In this document: positions 19,649 to 30,286 of the stretch, in pieces
Position numbering within the stretch: the first letter of the stretch is position 1
Layout of the letters: every line of letters starts with the position of its first letter
Source: an uncultured delta proteobacterium
Lineage (GTDB): Bacteria; Myxococcota_A; Polyangia; Polyangiales; B10-G4
Reading direction: 5' to 3'
Length of the DNA: 64,000 nt
Assembly (NCBI GenBank): GCA_963727445.1
Contig: CAVSGI010000010.1
Coordinates: forward strand, 1,216,001 to 1,280,000
Translations under genes and position numbers: made by a program
Notes under the pieces: model-generated
Told to the model about the DNA's origin: nothing
Database searches by the model: none
Seen by the model: only the letters and a program-made list of their open reading frames with translations

Positions 19649-21553
19649 GGCGACTCGGGGCGCTCGTCGCCAAAGAGCTGAGACAGCACACGCTGGCGGT
19701 GATCGGTGTGGTGGTGCTGCTCCTGCCCGTGGTGGGCCTGATGCTCCTCGGCGCGGCGCTCAACCCGCAGAACCTCTCCTACTTCGAAGCGCTGCGCTCC
19801 GGCCTCCTGCTCTTCCTGCCGCTCTTGGGGCTGGTGTTGGGGAACCGCTTGGTCGTGGCGGAGTACTACGGCCGCACGCAGCTCTTCCTCGAAGCGCTCC
19901 CCATCCGTCGATGGGAGCCGGTGACGGTGAAGTACGCGCTCGGGTTGCTCACGATGGTCGGTGCAGCGATGGGCCTGTGGGTCGTGACCGCCGGCTTCGC
20001 GGCGACCGACGAGCCCCTCGATCCGCTCTTCCTCGTGATCCTCTCCATCCGGAGCGTGACCTTCGCGGTGACGATCTGGAGCTTCCTCTTCATGATGGGC
20101 TTCACCGGACGTTTCCGGATGGCGATCTACGTCGCGCTCCTCCTCGCGCTTGTCGCCGCCGGCGAGCTGACGGATCTCGGAGATCGAGCGCTTCGGTCCG
20201 CTCCGGATGGTCGACACCACCCTGCCCTACGAGCGGGTCGAGCTGCCGCTCCGCGCGCTCCTGGAGTGCGCCGGTCTCACGGCTGGCTTCGTGCTCGCCG
20301 CTTACGCGCTCGCCTCGATCGGAGACGGCTCGCTCGCCGAGTCCCTCGCGAAGCGAATGAGCGCGCGGGAGAAGAGCGCGGTGGGTGCCGTGCTCATGGT
20401 AGGGCTCTTCACCTACACGACGGTGCTGGACGAGCGACGCAAGCCGGACCCCTACGCGTTTCCCCCGGGCACGGCGATGGTCGAGAGCGGGCGCGCGCCG
20501 GTGCAGATCGCGTTCACCGACGAGAGCAGCCGCCCGGCAGCCGCGCGCCTCCTCGACATCGTGGACGCGGACGTCCGGGAGCTCGCGCAGAGGCTCCAAT
20601 GGCACGACACGCCGACGGTGCGCGTCTCTCTTCGCGAGACGCTCGACGCAGACACCTTCGAGCCGGTCCATCTGGGCGAGGGAGACGGCGTGCTCGTGCG
20701 CGCGAACTACACGGCCGAGGATCTGGACGAGCTCGGCCTGAGGAGCGCCGTCGTCGAAAGGGCCATCGACGCGCACGTCAACGGCCGCGCCGTCTTCGAG
20801 CCTCAGCGCTTCTTCCTCGAAGGCTATGCGCGCGAAGTGGTGGAGGGCGACGTCCCGCGGAGCGATCGCACGACGCTTCTCCGCGCCCTCTACGCCACGC
20901 GGGACGCGCCCCTCTCGGTGCGCGACCTCGTCCGCTGGAACGAATCGCGCGAGCGATGGGGTCCGGCCGTCGCCGAGGGCGTCGCCGCCGCGGCGGTCGA
21001 CGCGTTGGTCGAGGAGGTCGGCCAGGAGAAGGTCGACGCCCTCGCCCGCGCGCTCTACCGCGAGCCGGTCGGCGACAGCTCCTGGGTGACCGTGCGCGAC
21101 GAGCTCGACCCCTTCTCCGAGGTCTTCGAAGAGCAGACCGGGCTCACCCTCACGGCCTTCGTCGAGCGGCTGAACGCATCCCTCGAATCGCTCCGGGCTG
21201 CGCCGTGGGCCGCGCCCGTCCGCGACATGCCCGCGCTCCGCGCGGACATCGCGGTCGAAAGGGTCGAAGGTAGGCTCCGCGCGATCGAAGCAGAGGTCTC
21301 GCAGCGGTCGCCGCGCGACTCGCCCACCATCGCCACCCTCGTCCACCACTCCCTCGAGCCCCTCGACGATCTGCTCGTCGAGCTCGAGCTCGAGCGGGAC
21401 GACGTCGCGTGGGAGAGCGGCGCACGGAGCGCCTCGGTGCGCCTCGAAGGACGCTATGGGCCCGGCGAGCGCGCGTTTCTCGCCCTGGAGGTCGAGGACG
21501 AGACCCTCCATTGTCCGATACGTCTCCTCGCCGAGCGAAGGACCATCCGATGA
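19645..21553 (+). CDS. ABC-2-type permease with a large C-terminal peptidase-like (degenerate) domain; frameshift ~20190
   Basis: LVAKELRQ start, several hydrophobic segments, FLEALPIRR; soluble C-terminal domain with FFLEGYA but no HExxH. Confidence 0.65.
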
Positions 21554-23465
21554 GGACGCTCCTCCTCAAGGAGCTCCGCGCCCTGGTGCCGGTTTACGTC
21601 GTCACCTTCCTGCTCATCAGCGGCGACATCTTCACCCGCCCCTTCAGTCAGCGCCTCGACGAAGCGAGCTGGAGCTCCATCAGCAGCATCACGAACAGCG
21701 ATCAGTCCTTCTACGCCTTCATGCTGGTGATCCTGGCCCTCATCGTCGCCTACGCGGCGCTGCCGCGGGAGCACGACGAGGGGACCATCGAGCTGCTCTA
21801 CAGTCTCCCCATCTCGCGCACCGCGGTGTTCGGGGCGAAGGCGATCGCCGGGATGACGGTCCTGGTGATGGGCGTCGCGGGCGGGGCGGTGACCGACGCG
21901 CTCCTCGCCGCCCCCAACCCGCAGTCCCTCGGGGGTGAGCAGTTCCACCTGGGCATCGCCGCGACCTCGGTCTTCCTCCGCGGCCTCTTCGCGATCGTCA
22001 TCTACTGCCACGCACTCTTCGCGAGCTTCTTCCGCCGTCTCGGACTGATCCCCTTCATGGGGATCGCCTACGGACTGGTGGTGTTCCAGGACGCGGTGCC
22101 GGACCTGGCGTTCCTCGACCCTTCGACCATGGCCGACCTCAGCTACGAGGGACAGCGGATCCTCATCCCCTGGAAGGTCATCGGGCTGCACGTTCCCCTC
22201 GCGGCCCTCTCCCTCGTCGCCGCCGGCGTCCTGTGGACGCGCGCCGGCGAGAACACCGCGTGGCTCATGGATCGCGCACAGCGCACCGTGGTCGGCCGCG
22301 TCGGGCTCGGCTGTGCGACGGCGGCGGTGGTCACCACCGCCACGGTGCTCATCGTCATCCTCTCGATCCGCAGCACCGAGGGCGAAGAGGACCCGACCCA
22401 TCCCGAGATCGAATACGTCTCCTTCGCGTCGGCCACCGCCGAGACCGATCACTTCCATTTCACCTATCCCGTCAACCTCCGCGGCCGCGCCATGCCCCTC
22501 GTCGCGCGTTCGGAGGAGCTCTACGGGGGCCTCGGCGAGCTCCTCGAGATGCCCGATCGGCCGCCGGCCACGATCGATCTCACCGAGGCGAGCAGCCAAC
22601 ACCTCGGTATCGCGTCCTGGACCAGGGTGCGCGTGGGTCTGGTGCTTCACCCCGACCCGGTGGAGCTCGAGCACACGGTGACGCACGAGCTTGCGCACGT
22701 GCTCCAGCACCACCTCTCCGACCGGCGGATGAACGACGCGCGACGCGCGACCGCCCTGTTCATCGAAGGAAGCGCCGAGTACCTCGCTTACGAGGTCGTC
22801 CCACGCCCGGAGAGCCGCCTCAGCGCGCGACGGGTCGCGGCCGCGATGTGGCAGCGCCACGACCTGTCCACGGACGAGCTCCTGGATCACGACCGCATGA
22901 AAGAGCGTTGGGATCCGCGGCTCGCCTATTACGTCGGTGAGGTGTACACGCAGGCCGTGGTCGACGCCTGTGGCGAGCACGCGGTCGGCCGGGTCTTTCG
23001 TGCGATGGCGCGCCCCGACGCCCCGCAGGATTCTGGCGCCCGACGCGTTCTGGCGGGACACGCTACAGGCCATCTCGTGCTCCTTCGAGACCGTCCGCGC
23101 GAGCTTCGAGCGCATCCTCGCGGAGACCGCCGAAGCCGAGCATGCGTTCATCGACGCGGTGCCCCGGCCTTCGGGCGGCGTCGTCGGCCCGAGCCCCGAA
23201 GGAGCCCAGAATCCTCGTCACCCTCGACAAGCCGCTGCCGCCCGGCGGGCGGGTCGTCGTCTCCGTCCGGCGCCATGCAGGTGTGGCCGATTCCGAGATC
23301 AGCGGCACCATCGCCTCGCCGCGCGCGGACGACCCGCTGCACTTCGATGCGAACGTTCCCGTACCGCTCGGCGCCGAGAGCTTTCAGTTCGAGATGGGCG
23401 TCCAAGCGGGCGAGGACCAGTGGCCGGTGTACGAGCCGTGGCGCAACGCGCGAATCAGCTGGTGA
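21550..23465 (+). CDS. ABC-2-type permease fused to a zinc metallopeptidase domain; frameshifts ~23035 and ~23200
   Basis: LLLKELRAL, EHDEGTIELLYSLPISR permease motif; HELAH followed by FIEGSAEY (gluzincin pattern). Confidence 0.72.
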
Positions 23466-23933
23466 TCACGGAGGCTCTGGAGGGATGGTGCCGGCCGCCT
23501 CTTCGAGGCGTCCCTTCGCCATCATCTCCACCGACCAGGAGACGAGATCCGACTCGGTGAGGATGCCGAGCAGGTGCTCCCCCTCGGTGACCAGCACACA
23601 GCCGAACTTCTCCGTGAGCATGAGCCGCGCTGCGTCGTCGGCAGGCGTCGCCGGACCGCAGGTCGCCAGGTCGTGGTCGGTCATGAAGTCGCCGATGCGG
23701 ACGCTCACCACCTTGTCCTCGCTCGAGCTCGCGGCGGCATCGGTGAGGAGCTTCGCCTGCGCGCGCATCAGATCGCGGTGGGTCACCAGACCGACGAGCT
23801 TTCCGCCTTCGACCACGGGAACGTGGCGGACGTGCTCGAGCCGCATGATCTGTTCAGCGGAGACGAAGTCCTGATTCGGGTCGACGGTGAAGACCTCGGT
23901 GGTCATGAGGTCGCGGACGCGCATGAGGCTCAT
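23466..23933 (-). CDS. CBS-domain pair protein
   Basis: VRDLMT..VRHVPVV..LVGLVTHRDL; second CBS unit GCVLV..LLGILTESDL; AAGGA SD. Confidence 0.88.
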   Translation of the reverse strand: MSLMRVRDLMTTEVFTVDPNQDFVSAEQIMRLEHVRHVPVVEGGKLVGLVTHRDLMRAQAKLLTDAAASSSEDKVVSVRIGDFMTDHDLATCGPATPADDAARLMLTEKFGCVLVTEGEHLLGILTESDLVSWSVEMMAKGRLEEAAGTIPPEPP

Positions 23934-24134
23934 GGCGGGCTCCTTGTCTCGGGCACTCCTCAAGTGGGCCCCGCGCGAGAGGAAACAACCCGCAAAGTCC
24001 TGGCCAAACCCCTCGAACCGGAAGCCTCAGGGGCCGATCGGCGGATCCATTCGCCACCTGTGTCCCCGGAATCATTCGCTTAAGCACTGGTACGCCCGTT
24101 GCGTAGGAGAGGGACTGGGTATCAGGAGGCGGGC

Positions 24135-26630
24135 ATGGCAGCGCATCAAAAGATTCTGAAGACGCTCTTTTTGGCACTGGCCCTCGCGGGCTGCGTGGGA
24201 CAGGGCGGCGAGCCGGCGATGGACGAGATCGAGGTCCAGTGCGACGGCAAGTGCGACGGCCTCGGCGGCAGCATCCGTTCGCTGTGGGACCGGGCCCGGC
24301 AGGTGGACCGAGGCGACCTCGTCAACGTGACGGCGGAGCTGGCCACCGACCAAGTGAACGACGCGCTGGCCTTCGACAACGCGGCGCTGGGCTTCGACGC
24401 GCCCGAGCTCTACGCGCTTCACGACGACGCGTCGATGGACCTGACGCTCCACGATCTCGACGACCTCACGCAGGGGCTCGCCTATCGCTACGGGGAGCGC
24501 GAGCTCACCACCGCGGTCAACCGGGTTCGCCAGGAGCACCTGACGAACAGCGGCGACGTCGTCTTCGCCGAGGCCGCCTTCGAGATCGACGGCCGGGTCA
24601 ATCACGGCTGGAACCTCGAGACCGGCGGCCTTCTGGGTGACGATAGCTGGGCCTCGGTCGGCTTCACCGCCGGCGCGCGCCTGCAGAGCCGCGTCATCGG
24701 CGCCTTCGGCAACGAGATCCGCTCCAACGGCCAGTCGATGCTCCGCGCCATGCGCGAGAGCCGCGGCTTCATCCTGCCCCGCAGCGCCGACGACCTGCGC
24801 GAGATGGCGCCCGGCGAGTCGATCGCGCTGTCGGGCGAGGGCGCTCTGGGCATCAACATCGGCGCGGGCGTGCCCCTCATCGTGGCCGAGCCCTCCTCAC
24901 ATCTCACCTACAACATCGTGGTCTCCGGCTCCCTCCGCGCGCGCCTCGAGGGCGAGCTCGACGTGCAGCTGGTGCGCATGGACGGCGACGACGTCTACGT
25001 CGACGTCGGCACCACCAAGGTCTTCGAGCGCAGCGCCAAGCTGGCCATCTACGACGGCTGGGGCGTCGGCGGCTTCATCGAGACCGAGATCGAGATCGCG
25101 AACCACGTGGTCGACCTCGGGCGCATCGTCGAGCGCGCCCTCGAAAAGCAGCTCGACCGGCAGATCAACCTCATCGACGGCCGCCTCGAGCGCACCGGCC
25201 AGGAGAGCCGCGTGAGCGTGGCGCGCTTCCGCTTCGACCTCGACGAGCTCGGCGAGGACGGCAAGAAGGCCCTCGAGCAGGTCCTCTCGGGCGACGTCCG
25301 CCTGGCCCAGCTCCTCAGCAACCAGAACGAGCCTGGCGTCCACGCCGAGTTCGATCTCCTCCGCTCCGGCGAGACGAGCACCGGCTACGCCGGGATCGAC
25401 CTGCTCGGCATGAGCTTCTTCCGCGAGCGCATCGAGCGAAACGGCTCGGCGGTCATCCAGACCCCGGGCGGCGTCCGCAGCATCATGTTCGACTCGCTGC
25501 ACCGCGAGAGCGGCTGGTTCTTCTCCAGCCACGGCTACACCCGCGTGGGCCTGAGCGGCCTCACCTGGGACCCCCGCGGCGGGGGCGAGCCCGAGGGTGA
25601 AGCGAACCTCTTCATCCAGGTCGTCGAAGGCGACAGCTACATGCAGCGCGACAAGGTCCTCGACCACATCGATTCTCTCATCGTGGCCCTCGTCGGCCCG
25701 GAGCCCTTCGCCATCGTCGAGGACTACGGCAACCGTGTCGAGGCGCACACCGAGTCGCTCTGCTCGCCGAGCAGCCGCGCGGGCTCGGCCTGCTTCGAGG
25801 ACGTCCTGACCGACCCGACCACCGTCGCCCTGCGCAACGACGGCCTCGAGGCCTTCTCCGCCGCGCTGCCAAGTGGCCTCTCCGAGGACGTGCGCAACCT
25901 GGCCCTCGACGCCGCCCGGCTCCGCCTCACGGCGCAGGCGACGGTGGAGATCGCCGCGTCGCTCACCGGTCCCGAGACCTCGGTGGTCCTCGACTACCGC
26001 CTCGACGACCGCGCCCTCGACAACCTCATGTTCAATCGCAGCGGTGACGACTTCGCCAAGGCGATCCGGCAGTACCTCGTGCTGGCCGAGGCGGACCGCG
26101 AGCTCGATCCCACCGACCAGGCGGAAGCACGCCGCCGCGTGCTCGAGCGGAACGAAGGCCACATTCGCGCCCTCACCTCGCTCTTCGACACCTACCGCGA
26201 GCGCTACCAGGAGCAGGCCTCGGCGGAGCGTTCGATCCTCACGGGGGTCGGCGAGCTCGGCGCCCAGGCCCTGGAGATCCGCTACGACGTGGACCGCGAT
26301 GGCGCCCCGGTCTACGAGTCCGCCACGGCGCGCTCGCTGGCGCAGGCCCGCTCCGCCACCGCCACCGAGCTCTACGACGCGCTCATCGACGCCGCGGGCG
26401 ACCTGCCGGGTCTGGAGGAGCAGGTCGTGGCCTACTCCTTCCTCTTCATGACCCCGGCCGAGAACCAGGACATCCGCATCGACATGGACTTCGACACCAG
26501 CAGCTGGGTCTACGAACACTACGAGACCGCCGGCTATGCCGACTTCGACTGGTACGCCAAGGGCGCCTCGGTGGCCCACATCGACGGCGGCTTCTTCGAC
26601 ATCGACGCCCTCGTCAACGTCGACGACTGA
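24135..26630 (+). CDS. large uncharacterised lipoprotein (831 aa)
   Basis: AGGAGG SD; lipobox LAGC; N-terminal QCDGKCDG; long ORF with GC-rich third positions. Confidence 0.8.
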   Translation: MAAHQKILKTLFLALALAGCVGQGGEPAMDEIEVQCDGKCDGLGGSIRSLWDRARQVDRGDLVNVTAELATDQVNDALAFDNAALGFDAPELYALHDDASMDLTLHDLDDLTQGLAYRYGERELTTAVNRVRQEHLTNSGDVVFAEAAFEIDGRVNHGWNLETGGLLGDDSWASVGFTAGARLQSRVIGAFGNEIRSNGQSMLRAMRESRGFILPRSADDLREMAPGESIALSGEGALGINIGAGVPLIVAEPSSHLTYNIVVSGSLRARLEGELDVQLVRMDGDDVYVDVGTTKVFERSAKLAIYDGWGVGGFIETEIEIANHVVDLGRIVERALEKQLDRQINLIDGRLERTGQESRVSVARFRFDLDELGEDGKKALEQVLSGDVRLAQLLSNQNEPGVHAEFDLLRSGETSTGYAGIDLLGMSFFRERIERNGSAVIQTPGGVRSIMFDSLHRESGWFFSSHGYTRVGLSGLTWDPRGGGEPEGEANLFIQVVEGDSYMQRDKVLDHIDSLIVALVGPEPFAIVEDYGNRVEAHTESLCSPSSRAGSACFEDVLTDPTTVALRNDGLEAFSAALPSGLSEDVRNLALDAARLRLTAQATVEIAASLTGPETSVVLDYRLDDRALDNLMFNRSGDDFAKAIRQYLVLAEADRELDPTDQAEARRRVLERNEGHIRALTSLFDTYRERYQEQASAERSILTGVGELGAQALEIRYDVDRDGAPVYESATARSLAQARSATATELYDALIDAAGDLPGLEEQVVAYSFLFMTPAENQDIRIDMDFDTSSWVYEHYETAGYADFDWYAKGASVAHIDGGFFDIDALVNVDD

Positions 26631-26658
26631 TCCGCGCGATCACCTTGCATCGCGAGAG

Positions 26659-26688
26659 GGGGCCGAACGCAGCTGCTGCGTCGGCCCC
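26659..26688 (+). terminator. hairpin, probable terminator
   Basis: GGGGCCGAACGCAGC-T-GCTGCGTCGGCCCC near-perfect inverted repeat followed by CTTCGGTTT. Confidence 0.5.
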
Positions 26689-26780
26689 GCTTCGGTTTCA
26701 CGGAGATCACAGGGGAAAACGGTGGCCCGGACCTTGCTCCATGGAGGGTGTCATACCCTTTCAGCCCCTCGGAGCACGCC

Positions 26781-26945
26781 ATGGCCAGCACCGTTTCCCA
26801 TCTCCCGAAGCTCTCGAAGCGTGAGAACAAGGAGCCCAACTACCGGAAGACCCCGGCGTTCCCGCTTCTCATCGGCATCCTGACCTCGGTGTCGGCGCTT
26901 CTGATCTTCGCGGTCTACAAAGCGATCAGCCTCGGCATTTTCTGA
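26781..26945 (+). CDS. small single-pass membrane protein (54 aa)
   Basis: GGAG SD; basic N-terminus, then the hydrophobic segment FPLLIGILTSVSALLIFAVY. Confidence 0.6.
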   Translation: MASTVSHLPKLSKRENKEPNYRKTPAFPLLIGILTSVSALLIFAVYKAISLGIF

Positions 26946-27094
26946 GCGACTGCCATTTTCTTACTCGCGTCGTCGCGCCCCTCTCCAGACGAGAAGGGGC
27001 GCGGCCGCAATTGTGGCGTTCGCCCGCGAACACGGTGTTTGCGTAGAGCGTGCAAGAGGTTGCCGTGAGCGCATCGGGGTCCAGATCCCCCTTT

Positions 27095-27319
27095 GTGAGC
27101 CCGAAGACGCGCTCGTGTCTCTTCCTCGCCCTGTGGGCCCTCTCGCATCTGAGCGGCTGTGCCACGACCAAGCCGTGGGAGCGGGAGAACCTCGCGCAGC
27201 CCGAGATGGCGCCCGACGAGGACCCGGACAGCGCCAGGCTTCGCGGTCACTACCAGAGCACGCGTGAGGGGGCGGTCGGTGGGTTTGGGGGTGGAGGCGG
27301 AGGCTGCGGTTGCAACTGA
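27095..27319 (+). CDS. DUF4266 family small lipoprotein
   Basis: LSGC lipobox, KPWERENLA, C-terminal REGAVGG..GGGCGCN. Confidence 0.85.
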   Translation: MSPKTRSCLFLALWALSHLSGCATTKPWERENLAQPEMAPDEDPDSARLRGHYQSTREGAVGGFGGGGGGCGCN

Positions 27320-28476
27320 AGCACTGGCTGGCGGCGCTCCCCCTCCTCGCCGTCGGACTCGTCAGCGCCACCCCGACGCGAGCCCAGGTCGACCCGTGGC
27401 GCGTCGCCGTGGACACGCTGCTCTACACCGATGACGACAACGTCATGGTGGTCACGCCGCAGCTCGCGGTGAGCTACATGCCCGACGAGGACGGGAGCAA
27501 GGTGTGGGCTTCCGGCGCCGTCGACGCCATCAGCGCGGCCTCGGTGGACGTGGTGAGCCACGCGACCAACGGGTTTCAGGAGGTTCGCTACGAGGGCAAC
27601 CTCGGGATGGCGTGGGCCTTCGGGGACTACGTCCCTTCGGTCAGCTATCGCAGCTCCTACGAGCCCGACTACTTCAGCAACGGAGGGCGGGTCGGCCTCC
27701 AGGCCAATCTGGCGGGCGACGACACCACCCTCAACGGTGGCTACGGGCTCACCTACGACATCGTGGGTCGGGCGTACACGCCGTGGAACGCTTTTCAGAG
27801 GACGCTGGTGACGCACACCGGAGACATCGGCGTGACGCAGGTGCTCGGGCCGAACACGCTCCTCAGGGGCGTCTACACGATCACCGTGCAGAACGGCTAC
27901 ATGGAGAAGCCATATCGCTACGTCCCGCTCTTCGACGCCGCGGGGATCGCCAGAGCCCAGGCCGATGGAACGCAGATCGACCTGTCGAACTTCGATCGCT
28001 ACCGCCTGGCCACCAGACCACCGGAGGAGGTGCCCGATCAACGCTACCGCCACTCCTTCGCCGTGCGCCTCATGCACTACCTCGAAGGGATACGAACCAG
28101 CCTGAAGCTCGACTACCAGTTCTACTTCGACGATTGGGGCGTCACGGCGCACATCCTCGAGCCTGCCCTCGAGATCGCCGCTTCCGACCGTCTGCTCATC
28201 CACCTGGGCTTACGAGGGTATCTGCAGACGCGTGCCAGCTTCTGGCAACGGACCTACGTGGTGGATCGACCGGAGGACATCCCGCAATACCGAACCGTCG
28301 ATCGGGATCTCAGCGGCTACACGACAGGCCTCTTCGACGCGCGGCTGGAATGGACGAACGGGACCTTCACACTCTACGGAGACGCCATGACGGCCTACAC
28401 CCGGTACTTCGAGTTTCTGTATCGTGATCATCTCTTCACGCTGCTCTTCCTCGCTGGCCTGCGGGTGAACCTTTGA
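27310..28476 (+). CDS. DUF3570 family outer-membrane protein
   Basis: TTG start 'MQL' overlapping the DUF4266 end; VDAISAASVDVVS, EPDYFS, EEVPDQRYR, YFDDWGVTAH. Confidence 0.82.
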   Translation: MQLKHWLAALPLLAVGLVSATPTRAQVDPWRVAVDTLLYTDDDNVMVVTPQLAVSYMPDEDGSKVWASGAVDAISAASVDVVSHATNGFQEVRYEGNLGMAWAFGDYVPSVSYRSSYEPDYFSNGGRVGLQANLAGDDTTLNGGYGLTYDIVGRAYTPWNAFQRTLVTHTGDIGVTQVLGPNTLLRGVYTITVQNGYMEKPYRYVPLFDAAGIARAQADGTQIDLSNFDRYRLATRPPEEVPDQRYRHSFAVRLMHYLEGIRTSLKLDYQFYFDDWGVTAHILEPALEIAASDRLLIHLGLRGYLQTRASFWQRTYVVDRPEDIPQYRTVDRDLSGYTTGLFDARLEWTNGTFTLYGDAMTAYTRYFEFLYRDHLFTLLFLAGLRVNL

Positions 28477-29003
28477 CGCTTCGGCTGACGACGCTGGCGC
28501 TCACGTCGATGCTCGCGGTGGGGGGCTGCATCGGCACGACCCCGGAGGACCGCGCCAGAGACAGCCTCCCGCCCTACTACGACGGTGATCAGTTTCATCG
28601 GCCGGGCCAGCCTTGCATCCTCTGCCACAACGGCGGCTTGACGGGCGAGGGGGAGTTCATGGTGGCCGGGACCGTCTACCCGATGGCGAACAGCAATTCG
28701 GAGGCGGGGATGGGCGGCGTGGTCGTCGAGGTCACCGACGCCGAAGGCAACGTGGTCCGGGTGACGAGCAACCGCAAAGGCAACTTCTACTTCGAGCAGG
28801 GCGGCGGTCTGCGAGAGGGCGTGGGTCAAACCCGCGTCCCCTACCAGCTCGTCTACCCGCTGCAGGTCCGCCTCCTCTACGGCGATCTGATCAAGGTGAT
28901 GAAGGGTGTGACCTGGCGCGAGGGAAGCTGCGCCCACTGTCACACGCTTCAGGGCCCGAACGAGGCGAGCGAGCCTCCCGTCTACCTGATGGATCCGCCA
29001 TGA
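28473..29003 (+). CDS. putative diheme c-type cytochrome lipoprotein
   Basis: Lipobox VGGC; HRPGQPCILCH and SCAHCH; central AGTVY...TSNRKGNFY. Confidence 0.7.
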   Translation: MTLRLTTLALTSMLAVGGCIGTTPEDRARDSLPPYYDGDQFHRPGQPCILCHNGGLTGEGEFMVAGTVYPMANSNSEAGMGGVVVEVTDAEGNVVRVTSNRKGNFYFEQGGGLREGVGQTRVPYQLVYPLQVRLLYGDLIKVMKGVTWREGSCAHCHTLQGPNEASEPPVYLMDPP

Positions 29004-29482
29004 GACACGTGGCACTCCCCCTCTTCGTCCTCCTGCTCGGCGCGTGCAACATCGCGCCGGGTGCGGTCCCGATCGAGGTCATGGCAGACCGGGACGACTG
29101 GGCGAATCACGTGCAGCCCTACGTCGAGAGACGCTGCGGCACCCTCGACTGCCACGGCGTCGAGGGCCGGCCGTTTCGCGTCTACGCCTTCGAGGGTTTG
29201 CGCGCACAGCCGGACCGCACCCTGATCATCACCGACGCCGAGATCGACGACAACGTGGCGGCCGCCATCGGCGTGGGCCCGACGGACTCGGTGGAGAGCC
29301 ACCCGCTGCTGCTGAAGCCGTTGCCTCCCGACGGCGGCGGCTTTCACCACAAGGGCGATCCGGTCTGGTCATCGCGCAACGACCCCGGCTACCTGTGCCT
29401 CTACGATTGGCTCAGCGGCATGGACCCGAGCGCGGACTGCGCGGATGCCCTCGCCGCCGTGCCTCGCACCGAGCAGCCCTGA
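29000..29482 (+). CDS. lipoprotein with a non-canonical CX4CH motif
   Basis: Lipobox LGAC; VQPYVERRCGTLDCHG, LLLKP..HKG, YLCLYDW. Confidence 0.65.
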   Translation: MRHVALPLFVLLLGACNIAPGAVPIEVMADRDDWANHVQPYVERRCGTLDCHGVEGRPFRVYAFEGLRAQPDRTLIITDAEIDDNVAAAIGVGPTDSVESHPLLLKPLPPDGGGFHHKGDPVWSSRNDPGYLCLYDWLSGMDPSADCADALAAVPRTEQP

Positions 29483-29499
29483 GCGGCTGCGCTCCGAAT

Positions 29500-30219
29500 T
29501 CAGCGAATCGCGCGCCGCGCGCGCAGGATCAGCAGGTCGAGGAGCATGCGGCCCGCGTCCCCGAAGGGCGAGACCTTCGACTCCGGCACGTGTGACCAGG
29601 TCACCGGCGCCTCGCACACGCGGAGGCCGAGATCACGTGCGACGAGCAGCACCTCGACGTCGAAGGCGAAGCGCTCGATGGTCAGGCGCGAGAAGATCGC
29701 GTCGGCCGCGTCACGCCGAAACGCCTTGAAGCCGCACTGTGTATCGGCGTAGTCGTGCATCAACAGGAGGCGTACGAGGCCGTTGAAGGTCTTGCCCATG
29801 CGCTCCCGGTACGAGGGCTGGCGACGAGCGATGTGGCTCTCGCGGTGCGCCCTCGATCCGATGACCACATCGCACCCTTCGTCCAGAAGCGTGAGGAAGC
29901 GGTCGATCTCCTCGAGGGGCGTCGCCAGATCGGCATCCATGAAGAGGACGCGCGCGCCGCGACTCGCGAGCACCCCGCGCCGAACCGAGGCTCCCTTTCC
30001 GCGACCTCTCATCCCGCCCAGGTGGCGAAGACGCGGCTCCTCCGCCGCGCGCGCATCGACGATCTCGGCGGTCGCGTCGCGCGATCCATCGGTGACGACG
30101 AGGAGCTCGAAGCGCGGGTAATGCATCTCGAGATACGAGACGGTCTCGTCCAGGGTGCGCCCGATGCGCCGCGCCTCGTCGTAGGCGGGGATGACGATGC
30201 TGAGCTCGGGCAGGCCCAC
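29500..30219 (-). CDS. GT2 glycosyltransferase, polyprenol-phosphate glucosyltransferase-like
   Basis: LSIVIPAYDE, TDGSRD, GKGASVRRG, FMDADLAT, DTQCGFKAF, FAFDVEVL. Confidence 0.9.
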   Translation of the reverse strand: MGLPELSIVIPAYDEARRIGRTLDETVSYLEMHYPRFELLVVTDGSRDATAEIVDARAAEEPRLRHLGGMRGRGKGASVRRGVLASRGARVLFMDADLATPLEEIDRFLTLLDEGCDVVIGSRAHRESHIARRQPSYRERMGKTFNGLVRLLLMHDYADTQCGFKAFRRDAADAIFSRLTIERFAFDVEVLLVARDLGLRVCEAPVTWSHVPESKVSPFGDAGRMLLDLLILRARRAIR

Positions 30220-30286
30220 GACGCGAGGGTTAAAGCACATTTCGTGACCCCGACCGAGGATTACGGATCGTGTACTGTCTGCGCAC

